A stretch of DNA of 64,000 nt from a virus. Taxonomy: Duplodnaviria > Caudoviricetes. Positions 1 to 9,914 of the stretch are shown here, piece after piece (the first letter of the stretch is position 1; the number at the start of each line of letters is the position of its first letter). The notes below the pieces were generated by a model, which did not search any database, was not told where the DNA came from, and worked only from the letters and a program-made list of their open reading frames with translations. Position numbers and translations under genes: made by a program. The stretch spans positions 26,091 to 90,090 of IMG/VR virus record IMGVR_UViG_2802429733_000002, one strand, 5' to 3'.

Positions 1-703
1 TCGCCGCACGGATGGTGTTCCCAGCGCCGGTCGCGCCGACGTAGATCATGCTGCCTGCGGAGGGCACGGCGGCGATGTCCCACTTCCCACGCTGCGCGAT
101 TCCGAGCGTGCCCTGGACCTCGGCATGAGACAGGACCGTGCGGGGCGTGACCGGGATGCCGTAGCGCGAGCAGAGTCCGGCCAGCACGCCCGGCAGCATG
201 TCCCACTGCTTCGGCGTCATCGGCGCCTTGCCGGGATCGAAGGGACGCTCGATCGCGCCGGCCATGCAGGCGAGCGAAACCCCGATCGAGCCCGTGTTGA
301 GGTTAAGCGTGTGGGCGGCGTAGCCGGACTTGATCCCGGCGCCGTCGTTCAGGGCGATCGACTTGCCGCGGGCCAGCGTGCCGTCACCTTGGATGATGAC
401 GTGGTAGTGCTCGCGATCGAGGTCGGACGCCTTGTGGGCGCCAGCCGTCCAGTGGACGATGACCCGGGCCATCTTCGCCGCGGGCATCCAGGCCGAGGGG
501 ACGACACCCACGGCAGGAGCGACCGGCGGCACCACCGGCAGGACGATCCCCGCCAGCGCCGGCTTCCCGGTCTCCAGCGCCTTCAGGATGGCGGTCTGCG
601 ACAGGTCCCCGAGGTCGCCGTCGATCCCGTCCTTGTTCGGCCCGCTCCTGCCGATGTCATAGCCGAGCGCCTTCAGGCGCCGCTGGATGTCCAGCACGAT
701 CAT
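1..703 (-). CDS. Endolysin: peptidoglycan-binding domain + N-acetylmuramoyl-L-alanine amidase (3' end outside window)
   Basis: Own translation from ATG 703: MIVLDIQRRLKALGYDIG..DGIDGDLG (PG-binding), then RVIVHWTAG..HYHVII..AAHTLNLNTGSIGVSLAC..LSHAEVQ (Zn amidase motifs); absent from ORF track because it runs off the edge. Confidence 0.88.
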   Translation of the reverse strand, partial: MIVLDIQRRLKALGYDIGRSGPNKDGIDGDLGDLSQTAILKALETGKPALAGIVLPVVPPVAPAVGVVPSAWMPAAKMARVIVHWTAGAHKASDLDREHYHVIIQGDGTLARGKSIALNDGAGIKSGYAAHTLNLNTGSIGVSLACMAGAIERPFDPGKAPMTPKQWDMLPGVLAGLCSRYGIPVTPRTVLSHAEVQGTLGIAQRGKWDIAAVPSAGSMIYVGATGAGNTIRAA

Positions 704-722
704 GGGATGTCTCCGAGGCATG

Positions 723-744
723 AAAAAGCCCGCGCGAGGCGGGC
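723..744 (-). terminator. Rho-independent terminator between tail cluster and endolysin
   Basis: Minus strand GCCCGC-CTCGC-GCGGGC followed by TTTTT. Confidence 0.6.
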
Positions 745-922
745 GGGGATCAGCTATCAGCACGGGTCGGCGTGGACCCGTCGGTTTCGGACGTTAGTTC
801 CGAGGGGCCTCGGCAGCATCGGGACGTGGGACACCCGCCGGCACCCGGTTGATCGGAGTAGCGAGTCCGATCCGAAGTCGTGGCGCTCTCTGTCCTGCCG
901 CCATGAGGCCGGGCATTGGCTT

Positions 923-1285
923 CTACGCGGCCGGCTCAGGATCCGGCTCCGGCTCCGCGGGCGGTGCAGGCGTCGCGGCGGCGAGCGCGGCCTTCAGCTC
1001 CTCGACCTCGAGCCTGAGGTCGCCGTTCTCGGATTCGAGCGTCGAGGCACGGGCGGACAGGGCGCCTACCTCTTCGAGGGTGTCGGCATTGATGGTCTCG
1101 ATCACCGTCTCGAGCGGGAAGCCGAGGGCGCCGGCCTGTTCGGGCGTCATCGGGCCGTTGAGCGAGATCGTCTCGCGGCCGAAGGCGTCGGTCTGCGCGT
1201 CGCCGAGGATCACGTGGAAGGCGGGCGGCCCTCCGGAGCCCGGCGGGCGGCCGCGAAACAGGAATTCGTAGACGAAGACGGCCAT
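923..1285 (-). CDS. Hypothetical phage protein (tail-fibre associated, C-terminal coiled coil)
   Basis: 120-aa ORF with SD, co-oriented directly after the tail fibre. Confidence 0.7.
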   Translation of the reverse strand: MAVFVYEFLFRGRPPGSGGPPAFHVILGDAQTDAFGRETISLNGPMTPEQAGALGFPLETVIETINADTLEEVGALSARASTLESENGDLRLEVEELKAALAAATPAPPAEPEPDPEPAA

Positions 1286-1295
1286 GGTCGGCTCC

Positions 1296-2936
1296 TCAGG
1301 CGATGGCGGTGACGTTGGTGCCGGCGATCTTCCAGACCGAGCCGTTCCAGGTGACGACGGCGCCGGTGCCGGCTCCCGCCCCCTCCTGCGTGCCGGCGCC
1401 GTTGAAGGCTCGGCAGTTGCTGGCCCAGGCCGTGTGGCCGACCTGCATGTTGGCGGCAGGAAGGGTTGCGACGGTGAAGGACGGCAGGCTCGCCGCGGCG
1501 ATCGATGCCACGGGCGTCATGGTGCATTCGTCGAAGTCGACCCATGTGACGCTGGACGAGACGCCAAGCGTCACGTTCACGACCATGCGGAACTCGCAAT
1601 AGCCCGCATCGGCCGGGGCCGTGACCTGACCTTCGAGAAGAGCCCAGGCTGTCGTCGAGCCGACACCGATCGTCGAGAAGGCGGTCGTCGAGGCTGTCCC
1701 GTCGCTCTTGAACCACTGCGCACGCAGAGAGATCAGGCCCGCATTCGCGAGCGCGGCGTTGGCGCGAACCCAGGCGCTGATGGCGTAGCGTCCGCCCGGG
1801 ACAACCGGAAACCTCTCCCCAACCGCGTTCAGCGTGCCGGTGGTCTTCGCTCCGAAATTCAGCCGGAGGTAGGAGCCGCCGGACAGGGCGTTGATGGAGG
1901 TGACGACCTGCTGCGCCGCCCCGTCGGAGAAGCCGCTGAAGGTCGGCCAGCCGGACAGGCCCTGCTCGAATCCACCGTTCGGCACGAGGTTCGGGCCGTT
2001 CGCGAGGCCGTTGAGGCGCTTGAGGTTTGCGCCCGTCAGAAGGCCGTCCGCCGTCTCGGTCGCTGCCCCGCCGAACGGCACCTGGCCGCTGCCCCGGGTC
2101 CAGTTGAGAACCCGCCATCCCCCCGTATCGTTGGACGCGACGTGGAGGATGTCTCCCGAGGCGACCGTGATGTTGGCGCCGCCCGGAATGACCAGCGTCG
2201 AGGCGTTGTGGTTGACGGTCGCCGCGCCCGAGAAACGGAGGATCTTCTCGCAGTTCGGGCTCGATCCGAACGAGGTGATCGTCGCTGCGCCGGTGATATT
2301 GATCCTACGCTTGCGGACCGAGCCGAGATTGGTGGTCGCGGCCGAGGCGAGCGTGCCCTCGCCGACGCGGAAATCGACCGTGCCGTCCGAGCCGTCGATG
2401 TCGATGCTCTCGGTCGGCACCACGCCGTCGAGATAGGTGCGGCCGAGGAGCCTCTCGGTGCCGGAGATGGTCCGGTGCTCCCATCCGAACCACTTCCGGG
2501 TCCCGCGGCGGAAGAGCCATTCCGTGAAGGAGCCGTTCCCGTCCGCGCGATCGAGCGGGAAGGACTTCGAGGCCTGATCCAGCGTGAGCGACAGGCCGAA
2601 GGTGTTCTTGAGCGCGTTGATCAGCGTGATCATGCCCAGGTTCGTCTGGGCGATGACGCTGCCGGGGACCGCGAGGTTGTCGATGACGAACGGGGTGCCG
2701 GCGGCGAATGCCGTGTTGTTGGAGAAGGCGCTGTCGATGGTGAAGCTCGCGCCCGTCGTGCCGTTCGGCGTCCAGGTCGTGATGATGCGCGTCGGACCGT
2801 CGATGCCAGCGCGCGAGCCCGGTCCGATGGCCATGCCCGGCGTCACAGGGAAGGCGGACATATCCCCCTGGATCGTGCCAGCGGTCGAGTTGGCGGCGAG
2901 CGTCAGCGTCGCGCCTGCCGGAGCGTAGTAACCCAT
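1296..2936 (-). CDS. Tail fibre / receptor-binding protein with carbohydrate-binding (CBM4/9-like) domain
   Basis: 546 aa, G/T/A-rich beta content, NLVPNGGFEQGLSGW motif typical of CBM-like modules in phage fibres; position. Confidence 0.75.
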   Translation of the reverse strand: MGYYAPAGATLTLAANSTAGTIQGDMSAFPVTPGMAIGPGSRAGIDGPTRIITTWTPNGTTGASFTIDSAFSNNTAFAAGTPFVIDNLAVPGSVIAQTNLGMITLINALKNTFGLSLTLDQASKSFPLDRADGNGSFTEWLFRRGTRKWFGWEHRTISGTERLLGRTYLDGVVPTESIDIDGSDGTVDFRVGEGTLASAATTNLGSVRKRRINITGAATITSFGSSPNCEKILRFSGAATVNHNASTLVIPGGANITVASGDILHVASNDTGGWRVLNWTRGSGQVPFGGAATETADGLLTGANLKRLNGLANGPNLVPNGGFEQGLSGWPTFSGFSDGAAQQVVTSINALSGGSYLRLNFGAKTTGTLNAVGERFPVVPGGRYAISAWVRANAALANAGLISLRAQWFKSDGTASTTAFSTIGVGSTTAWALLEGQVTAPADAGYCEFRMVVNVTLGVSSSVTWVDFDECTMTPVASIAAASLPSFTVATLPAANMQVGHTAWASNCRAFNGAGTQEGAGAGTGAVVTWNGSVWKIAGTNVTAIA

Positions 2937-2947
2937 GATGCTGCCCC

Positions 2948-3778
2948 TCAGAGTCTCGGAAGAATGTCGGCCCGTCCGGCTTCGACGATGACCCGCTCGA
3001 CCTCGGCCTTGCGCACCGGCCTCTCGACCAGCCCGGTGAGCCTCGCCTTCAAGGTCTCGTGCTTGGCGGCCGCGAACCAGTAGGCGTCCGCCGTCTCGAC
3101 GATCGCCTGTGCGACCTCCTCGGCAGAGCGACCGGCCGCAGCGGCCATTGCGGCAATCCCCGACGACTGACGTCCTTCGAGCGCCGCCGCCGCCTCAGGA
3201 CGCTGCGCGACGGCAGCGAGGGCGGCAGCAGTGGCCGGCACGCCTTCCGAGGTCAGGACAGCGAGCGCCTTGGCCGCGACTGCCGCTCCCTGCGGGCCGA
3301 CGAGGTGAGAAGCAACCGCCCGCTTGATCCGCCTCTGCCGGCGGACGGTGGTGGCTTCCGTGACCTCGAGCTCGAACCTGCGCTCGGTGTGCGAGGGGTG
3401 CGTGACGCGGACGACATGGGGACCGGCGACGGAGAAGGTCAGCGAGATCGGCCCCTCCTGCTCCGCCGGGATTGTCGTCAGCCCATCCGCGCCGTGCACC
3501 TCCACGATCGAGCCCGCCGGCACGGCCTGCAGCACGACCTCGTCGTTCTCGTCGGCCTGGACCGAGGTTCTGTCGGCGGTCACGGCGATCTGCTGCTTGG
3601 GCACCGGGACGCCATCAGGGGCATGCCAGTACTCCGGCCCGAGCGGCGGGACGTCCACGACGCGATTGTTGGGATCGAGCCTTTGCCGCAGGCGGTCGAG
3701 CGTTTCCTCCGGCGCGGGGTATGGGACAGCGTCGTACGACGCGACGAACGAGCCGCGCTCGTCGACGATCCACAGCAT
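2948..3778 (-). CDS. Tail-associated hypothetical protein
   Basis: 276-aa ORF in tail operon, abuts neighbours. Confidence 0.65.
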   Translation of the reverse strand: MLWIVDERGSFVASYDAVPYPAPEETLDRLRQRLDPNNRVVDVPPLGPEYWHAPDGVPVPKQQIAVTADRTSVQADENDEVVLQAVPAGSIVEVHGADGLTTIPAEQEGPISLTFSVAGPHVVRVTHPSHTERRFELEVTEATTVRRQRRIKRAVASHLVGPQGAAVAAKALAVLTSEGVPATAAALAAVAQRPEAAAALEGRQSSGIAAMAAAAGRSAEEVAQAIVETADAYWFAAAKHETLKARLTGLVERPVRKAEVERVIVEAGRADILPRL

Positions 3779-3779
3779 G

Positions 3780-4355
3780 CTAAATCTCCAGGGCAGTCCA
3801 GCGGACCCGAAGCCTCAGGTTTATGTTTCCTGAGGTCTTGCTGCACAGGTAGGTGATGGCCTTAATGTCCGTACTGTTCCACGTATAGCGCCAGCCGGCT
3901 CGCACAACTATTCGGGCGCCCTGCGTTTCGTAACGGTATTCAATGTGAAATGCGGAGCATAGCTTCTTCCCGAAAGCCTCGCCGCCATATTCTGTTCTGG
4001 CCAATTGAGCCGGGGTGTGGTCCACTCCCTGCCAGGAGTGCCAAATCTCAGGACTCCCGTCCTCCCGCTCAGGGATGGCAGTGGCGATGACGTGCGTCGG
4101 CGTGACACCTAGCCCGTGCGGGACGGTCTTCTCCCCAAGAACGAGGTAATAATAGACGCTGGTTCCGATAGCATAACCAGCAACATCGGCCCCTCCGCAG
4201 AAGAACTCTCCGGTCCCGAGCACGCGGCCGGGATAGCCCCGGCTGTCGAAGACGATCTGATTGAAGCTCGGGTTGGCGTCGTTCGCGCCTGGCGCGAGCT
4301 GCCGGATGATGAATTCTGAGCCCTTGCGGCCGGCGAAGAACGGGACGTCAGCCAC
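3780..4355 (-). CDS. Minor tail protein (paralog 3 of a triplet)
   Basis: 191 aa, N-terminus resembles the two upstream ORFs. Confidence 0.65.
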   Translation of the reverse strand: MADVPFFAGRKGSEFIIRQLAPGANDANPSFNQIVFDSRGYPGRVLGTGEFFCGGADVAGYAIGTSVYYYLVLGEKTVPHGLGVTPTHVIATAIPEREDGSPEIWHSWQGVDHTPAQLARTEYGGEAFGKKLCSAFHIEYRYETQGARIVVRAGWRYTWNSTDIKAITYLCSKTSGNINLRLRVRWTALEI

Positions 4356-4716
4356 CGGGCATCCCCATCAGCAGAGCGATCCAGTAGATGGGCTTCCCCT
4401 CGGCCGGGTAGGATCCGTCCCAGGCCTGGACCGCCTGGACCGTGAAGCCGGTCAGGTCGGGGTCTGCCCTGACCGGCGCGGATTCCGTGCTCTGTCCTCT
4501 CACGCCGCAGATAACCATCGGCGGCACGGCCAGGGGGATGGTGTTGCTGAAATTGACGCGCGGCGTGCCGCTCAGAGACGCGATGGTCCCGCTGTCGATC
4601 TTCATCAGCTGCTTCGCGGTGCTGAAGATCAGGTTGGCCTCGGACGTCGTGGCGGCGTCGAAGCCGTATTTGGCAATACGCAGCCCGTTGCTCGCGACGT
4701 AGAACTCCCTCGCCAC
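4348..4716 (-). CDS. Minor tail protein (paralog 2)
   Basis: 122 aa, coupled to neighbours; LRIAKYGFDAAT..NLIFST. Confidence 0.7.
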   Translation of the reverse strand: MAREFYVASNGLRIAKYGFDAATTSEANLIFSTAKQLMKIDSGTIASLSGTPRVNFSNTIPLAVPPMVICGVRGQSTESAPVRADPDLTGFTVQAVQAWDGSYPAEGKPIYWIALLMGMPGG

Positions 4717-5141
4717 TACTGCACCACGAAGTACTGGATTTGATCTCCCGGAGCGCCTGTCGAGGCGTAGCGGGTTGGGCGCAACACCCGGAATTGCGTC
4801 GCCTCTACGTGAGCAACGTAGAGCGTGCCGCCGACGTTATAGACCCCTCCAATGCCATCGAACGTCGTCGTGATCTCGGTGTAGCCCCGGATCACATAAT
4901 TGCTCCGTCGCAAGGCCAGCTCGATGTTCGGAGGCGAAGAATAGCTCTGAAGGAACGGTATCCAGGCGCCTATGCTCGATACCGTGCCGATCTCCGCGAT
5001 CCGGCCGATGCTCTGCCATGACGCAGCGAAGGCCATCTTCGTCCGGTCGTTCACGTCGTCGAGCAGGGCGTCGAAGCCCGGCCGCGCGATGCGGGCGTCA
5101 AGGCCGACGCTCGTTGGCCCGAAATACAGCTCCCGTCCCAT
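4716..5141 (-). CDS. Minor tail protein (paralog 1)
   Basis: 141 aa; ARIARPGFDAL..KMAFAAS. Confidence 0.7.
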   Translation of the reverse strand: MGRELYFGPTSVGLDARIARPGFDALLDDVNDRTKMAFAASWQSIGRIAEIGTVSSIGAWIPFLQSYSSPPNIELALRRSNYVIRGYTEITTTFDGIGGVYNVGGTLYVAHVEATQFRVLRPTRYASTGAPGDQIQYFVVQ

Positions 5142-5144
5142 GTC

Positions 5145-8100
5145 CTACCTCCAGAACGACAGGGAGCCGTTGTTGAGGTCGAGCACGACGCGGCGATTGA
5201 CGCCGTCCGAGGCGAGGGCCGCCGAGACGACCTGGCCGGCATCCACGATGACCTGAGATGTTCCGTTGCTCATGGCGAGCACCGTAAAGCCGGCCCGGGC
5301 GTTGCTGGCCTTCACGCTCAGGGCCCATGCGGCCGTAGCCCCCGATGGAGCCGAGACAGCGACGAAGGCGAGCTTACCGCTCGCGGTCATGTCGTTCGCC
5401 TTCGCCTCGATCTCGGTGACCGTGCCAGCGACCGCGGTCACGGCGTTCTGCGCGGCCTCCGCCTTCGTGTCGGCGGCATTCGCCTTGGTCTGTGCCGCCA
5501 CGGCCTTGCCGTCGGCGGTGGAGGCGGCCGTCGCGGCGTTGCTGGCCGCGGTCTGTGCGGCGACCGCTTTCCCATCGGCCGTCGACGCTGCTGAGGCCGC
5601 ATTGGAAGCAGCCGTCTGGGCTGCCACAGCTTTTCCGTCGGCCGTGCTTGCCGCGGACGCCGCATTGCTCGCTGCCGTTTGAGCCGCGACCGCCTTGCCA
5701 TCCGCCGTCGAGGCAGCCGAGGCGGCGTTCGACGCGGCAGTGGCCGCATTCACGGCCTTCCCGTCTGCCGTAGCGGCCGCGGAAGCGGCATTGTTCGCCG
5801 CCGTGATCGCCGCCGCTGCGTTGCCGGCAGCCCCGGCCGCAGCAATTTCGACGGAGCTGACCCGAGAAGAGAGCGACGGGTTCTGCGGCGTCCCGTTGCC
5901 GTTAAGGGTCAGTTCGAGGTTCCCCACGCGGGAAACAAGGCCTGAGGCGGGACCGTCCGGTCCTGCCGCCTTGCCGACGACCTCGGCAAGAGTCGTGAGC
6001 CGCGCGCTGATCGATGTCGGCCCTGTTCCGGAGACGGCCGTCTGCAGGTCCGACAGCTGGCGGACGAGGCCTGTATTTGGATCGGTCGTGACCTCTTCGA
6101 GCGTGGTAATGCGCCCCGTGATCGAACCGGAGCCGGTCCCCGTGCCGATCGTGCCCTCGATCGTGGACAGACGGCTGACGACGGACGAGGGGTTCTGCGC
6201 GTTCGTGGTGACGTTCTCGAGGACGCCGATGCGCCCGGCCGCCGCGCCTGCCGCTGTTTCGAGGGCTCGCTGCGCCGACGCCGTCGCGACAAAGCCGTTC
6301 GACATCACCTGCTCGAAGGACGAGAAGCGCGCAGCCGCGTCCCCCTGGACCGCAAGAATGGTTCGCCCGCTCTCCGCGATGACCTCGCCCATCTCCCCGA
6401 TCCGGGCACCGAGGGTCAGGGTCGCGGTACCGAGCCGCTCGTTGACCCCACCTTCGAGCTCCGCCACCCGCGCGAGCAGAGCGTCGAGCGTCAGGTCCCT
6501 CGCATCGCCGTCGAACTTCACCGCCGCCGTCGACGCGGACGCGACGATCGAGCCGAGCGCGTTGAGCTGCAAGACGGCGTTCGAGACCTGGCCCGTGAGG
6601 GTGTTGACCGAACTCGCCAGCGACGTGATGGTCCCCTCCGGCCCGGTCAGCGTCGTGCTGAGGGTCGTGACCCGGCCGTCCACCTCGTCGAGCTGCGCCG
6701 TCGTCGCCCGGAGCGCGATCTCGCCGGCAACAGCGTCGAGGGAAACGGACAGCGAATTGAGCGTGTCGAGGATGCCGTTCAGGTCCCCATCGACGATCGT
6801 GGAGGCGAGCAGGGAGACCCGGGCATTGAGCGCGTCGAGGTCGATGGCGACGCTATTGATCCGGCTGTCGAGGATGGCCTCGCCAGCGATCCTGTAGGCG
6901 CCCTCCGACTGGACGACACCAATCTGCACCATCATCCCCTCGAAGGAGTTGAGGCGGTTCTGGGCGTCGGCGAACGCGGCCTGGATGAGGTCGAGGTCGT
7001 CTCGGAGCGAGCGCGCAACGAGCTTCGAGCGCGTGCGGTCCGCCGGGTTGGAGGACAGGGCGAGCTTGAGGTCCTCGATGTTCCCGAAGGCCGAATTTGC
7101 CCGCGACTGCGCGCTGTTCGCGACGTTGAGGGCTTCACCGATCGAGCCCGGCCCGGTGCCTTCGAGCAGCCCCCGGAAATAGGCGTCGATCTGGTTCAGG
7201 GTGACGTTGACGATGTCGACGGATCCGCCGTCGACGCGCGGCGGGACCGTGGAGAAGGTCGTATAGGTCCAGTCCCCGGGAACGCCGGTCCGGCCTATCG
7301 CGCGGCCGCGGACGCGCACCGGCAGAGGCGATTGCCGGATGACCACCGATCCCGACGCGCTGGCAAGGGCAGTCTGCACCTCGGTCCAATCGGTCGCGGG
7401 CATATCGACTTCGTCGATCGCGTACTGGACGTCGAAGGCGACCGCGCCGAACGGCTGCGGGACGCTCCAGACCATCTGGATGTCGGTCTCCGTGCGCTCG
7501 CACCAGGCTCGGATCGAGGGCAGGTTCGGGCGAAGGGGCTCGACAGGCCCCTCGGGATCGATCGGTCCGGGAACGACGGTCTCCTCCCCGAGGATCTGCC
7601 AGACCTTCGGGTTGTCGATGACCATCTCGATTTCGATGTGGTCCTCGCTGACGGGCCGCGTCGAGCGGGCGATGTAGGTCTCCTGAAGCTCGACGAGCGG
7701 GCCGATCGTCAGCGTGTTCGGCTCCTGCAGCTCGCCCGTCAGGACGTCCGCGAGGAGAACGCCGGTCGCGGCCTGGATGTTGCTGACGTCCGTCGCGTTG
7801 AGCGTGAGGCGCGTGCCGCCGTCATAGACCGCGCGCAGGATGCCCCACTCGTTTCCCTCCTTGCCGCGCAGCGAGACATAGGTGTTGCCGGCGGCGATCG
7901 GCGGCGGGGCCTCGACCTCGAAGGTCGTGCCGGACACGAGCCGGCCCGGTAGCGCGGCCTTCGCGTCCACGAACCAGAGATCGGACAGGATGTGCGTGGC
8001 GGGGTAGATGAGCCTTCCCTGCCACTCCGTCGTGATCGTGCGCTCGGCGCCGCGGAACTTGTCGATGGCCGACAGCCAGTTCGCGAGCATCACCGCATGC

Positions 8101-9914
8101 GCGCCGGAGGTGACGCCGGGGAACTTGTAGCGCTTGGGCGTGCGGGTCTGAGAGAACTTGGTCTGCCGGGCCTCGTCGGGGCGCTTCTCGTCGCCGTCCC
8201 GGAGGTATTCGACGATGACGTCGCCCTTCGAGGAATCGGACTTCGTGAAGATGAAGCGCTGGGCGGTCGTGTCGGCGAGGATCTGCTGCCGGGTGATGAC
8301 CTGCCGGCCGCCGGCCTCCTCGGCGCTCTCGTCGCGCATGAAGCTGTAGATCTGGCCCAGGCGCTGATGCTGGGCGCGCAGCGGGCCGAGGACGGTGTTC
8401 AAGGCGACGCCGAACGTCGTCACCTCGTCGAGGAAGCCGTTGAACTCGTCGAAGCCGGCGAGGTCCGCCCGGTTCGCATAGGCGAGGCACTTCTCGCCAT
8501 CGACCCCGTCCGGCCGGTTGAGGCCGTAGGGCGAGCGGATCAGGTCCGCGAAGGCCCAGACGGCCTTCCGCGTCGGCTGCTCCACCCACGTCGAGCCATT
8601 GAAGACGGGCACGATCCGCTCCGCCTCGACGCGGACCTCGCCCAAGGAGGAGATGCCCTTGATGCCGGAGACGCGGATGACGACCTCGGTCGTCCCCTCG
8701 CGCACGCGGACGTCCGGCAAGAGTGCGGAAAGCTCGTCCCAGTAGACGGTGTTCGACGCCTCGATGCCGATCATACTCGGGTCGGGCCAGGGATTGCACG
8801 AGCGGACCTGCCACTCCGCCATCTCCGGCAGGGTCTTCTCGCGTCCGAAGTGGCCGCCCTCGGGCAGGCACTGGTAGCCGATGTTTTCTGCGTCCGTGAT
8901 GATGGGGCCAGTGGGGTTGCCCGTGACCGGATCGAGGCGCTGAAATTGGAAGGAGATGCCGAAATTGTTCGGCTTCGCCTCCCCCTTGTCGCCGCGGACC
9001 ATGACGGTGCCGAAGCTCCAGGCGAGATAGAGCTTGTCGGCCTTCACCCCGTGCGGGGTTGCCCGATACCAGGGTGTCCAGTCCGGGTTCCCGTATGAGC
9101 GCGGCAGTTCCTGCCCGATGACGCTCTCGCTCGTCGCGATATCGCCGGGCACGATCTTCGAGGCCTGCTCGTAGAGGACCTCGACCTCGGACGGGATGCC
9201 GAAGAGCGACGAGACGTTGAACGGCGACTGGACGCCGCCCGCCTTCGTCCAGAAGGTGCTCTCGCCGACCTTGACCGCGAGGACGTCCCACTTCCCAAGC
9301 CCGACCAGCAGGCGCTTCACGAGAACGGTTTGCTTGTTCCCGATGTATCGAATGAAGTCTCGCTGGGAGAGCGGAGGCGTCGACCAGCATCGCCCGTAGC
9401 CGAGCGGGCGGCGCGCGCCGCGCTTCGCCACGTTGCCGGACGGCGCGATGTCGTAGAACGAGTTGTCCGTCTTCTTCGCGGCGTTCGACTTCGCCGCTGC
9501 GGCCTGCAGCAGGGCCGCGCCGATGACCATGCCCGTCTGCACCGCGAACCCGATAAGGCCGCCACCGACCGCCGCCGCGGCCCAAGGCGCGAGGAGAAGC
9601 AGGGCCGCAGAGGCGATCATCAGCGCAACCGACAGGCCGCTGCTGCCGCCCAGAGCCGGCCGCACGAACACGACATGGTCGTCCGGACCGACGAGCGTCG
9701 TCGCGTAATCCGCCCGCATCCTCGCGGCCTGGTCGAGATCGGCCCGCGTGAGGGCGGCGAGGTTCACCTTCTTCCGGAAGACGAGCGCGACCGTGGCCCG
9801 GTCCTTCGGGGCATGCTGCTTGACGATGGTCGACAGCCGCCGACGGCGCCGGGGCAGCGCCTTCGCCTCACCGAGAGGCTTGTGCAGGTTGTCGACTTCG
9901 AGGACGAGGGTCAT
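5145..9914 (-). CDS. Tail tip / host-specificity protein J-like (central fibre), ~1589 aa
   Basis: Start reassigned to ATG 9914 (ATGA overlap with NlpC stop); NVAKRGARRPLGYGR, FN3-like segment, long C-terminal coiled coil. Confidence 0.85.
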   Translation of the reverse strand: MTLVLEVDNLHKPLGEAKALPRRRRRLSTIVKQHAPKDRATVALVFRKKVNLAALTRADLDQAARMRADYATTLVGPDDHVVFVRPALGGSSGLSVALMIASAALLLLAPWAAAAVGGGLIGFAVQTGMVIGAALLQAAAAKSNAAKKTDNSFYDIAPSGNVAKRGARRPLGYGRCWSTPPLSQRDFIRYIGNKQTVLVKRLLVGLGKWDVLAVKVGESTFWTKAGGVQSPFNVSSLFGIPSEVEVLYEQASKIVPGDIATSESVIGQELPRSYGNPDWTPWYRATPHGVKADKLYLAWSFGTVMVRGDKGEAKPNNFGISFQFQRLDPVTGNPTGPIITDAENIGYQCLPEGGHFGREKTLPEMAEWQVRSCNPWPDPSMIGIEASNTVYWDELSALLPDVRVREGTTEVVIRVSGIKGISSLGEVRVEAERIVPVFNGSTWVEQPTRKAVWAFADLIRSPYGLNRPDGVDGEKCLAYANRADLAGFDEFNGFLDEVTTFGVALNTVLGPLRAQHQRLGQIYSFMRDESAEEAGGRQVITRQQILADTTAQRFIFTKSDSSKGDVIVEYLRDGDEKRPDEARQTKFSQTRTPKRYKFPGVTSGAHAVMLANWLSAIDKFRGAERTITTEWQGRLIYPATHILSDLWFVDAKAALPGRLVSGTTFEVEAPPPIAAGNTYVSLRGKEGNEWGILRAVYDGGTRLTLNATDVSNIQAATGVLLADVLTGELQEPNTLTIGPLVELQETYIARSTRPVSEDHIEIEMVIDNPKVWQILGEETVVPGPIDPEGPVEPLRPNLPSIRAWCERTETDIQMVWSVPQPFGAVAFDVQYAIDEVDMPATDWTEVQTALASASGSVVIRQSPLPVRVRGRAIGRTGVPGDWTYTTFSTVPPRVDGGSVDIVNVTLNQIDAYFRGLLEGTGPGSIGEALNVANSAQSRANSAFGNIEDLKLALSSNPADRTRSKLVARSLRDDLDLIQAAFADAQNRLNSFEGMMVQIGVVQSEGAYRIAGEAILDSRINSVAIDLDALNARVSLLASTIVDGDLNGILDTLNSLSVSLDAVAGEIALRATTAQLDEVDGRVTTLSTTLTGPEGTITSLASSVNTLTGQVSNAVLQLNALGSIVASASTAAVKFDGDARDLTLDALLARVAELEGGVNERLGTATLTLGARIGEMGEVIAESGRTILAVQGDAAARFSSFEQVMSNGFVATASAQRALETAAGAAAGRIGVLENVTTNAQNPSSVVSRLSTIEGTIGTGTGSGSITGRITTLEEVTTDPNTGLVRQLSDLQTAVSGTGPTSISARLTTLAEVVGKAAGPDGPASGLVSRVGNLELTLNGNGTPQNPSLSSRVSSVEIAAAGAAGNAAAAITAANNAASAAATADGKAVNAATAASNAASAASTADGKAVAAQTAASNAASAASTADGKAVAAQTAASNAASAASTADGKAVAAQTAASNAATAASTADGKAVAAQTKANAADTKAEAAQNAVTAVAGTVTEIEAKANDMTASGKLAFVAVSAPSGATAAWALSVKASNARAGFTVLAMSNGTSQVIVDAGQVVSAALASDGVNRRVVLDLNNGSLSFWR
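5480..5800 (-). repeat. Five tandem ~63-bp (21-aa) repeats ASNAASAASTADGKAVAAQTA within J
   Basis: Read directly in the translation; DNA copies differ mostly at third codon positions. Confidence 0.9.

Noticed and set aside
880-920. HEAGH (HExxH) motif in a plus-strand frame
   Set aside because: Lies in a shadow ORF with no other metallopeptidase context
125-3083. Long plus-strand ORFs 125-1312 and 1284-3083 (similarly 23979-26387, 53956-55557 and many others)
   Set aside because: Antisense shadows of well-supported genes in high-GC DNA; Arg/Gly/Ala-rich translations with no motifs
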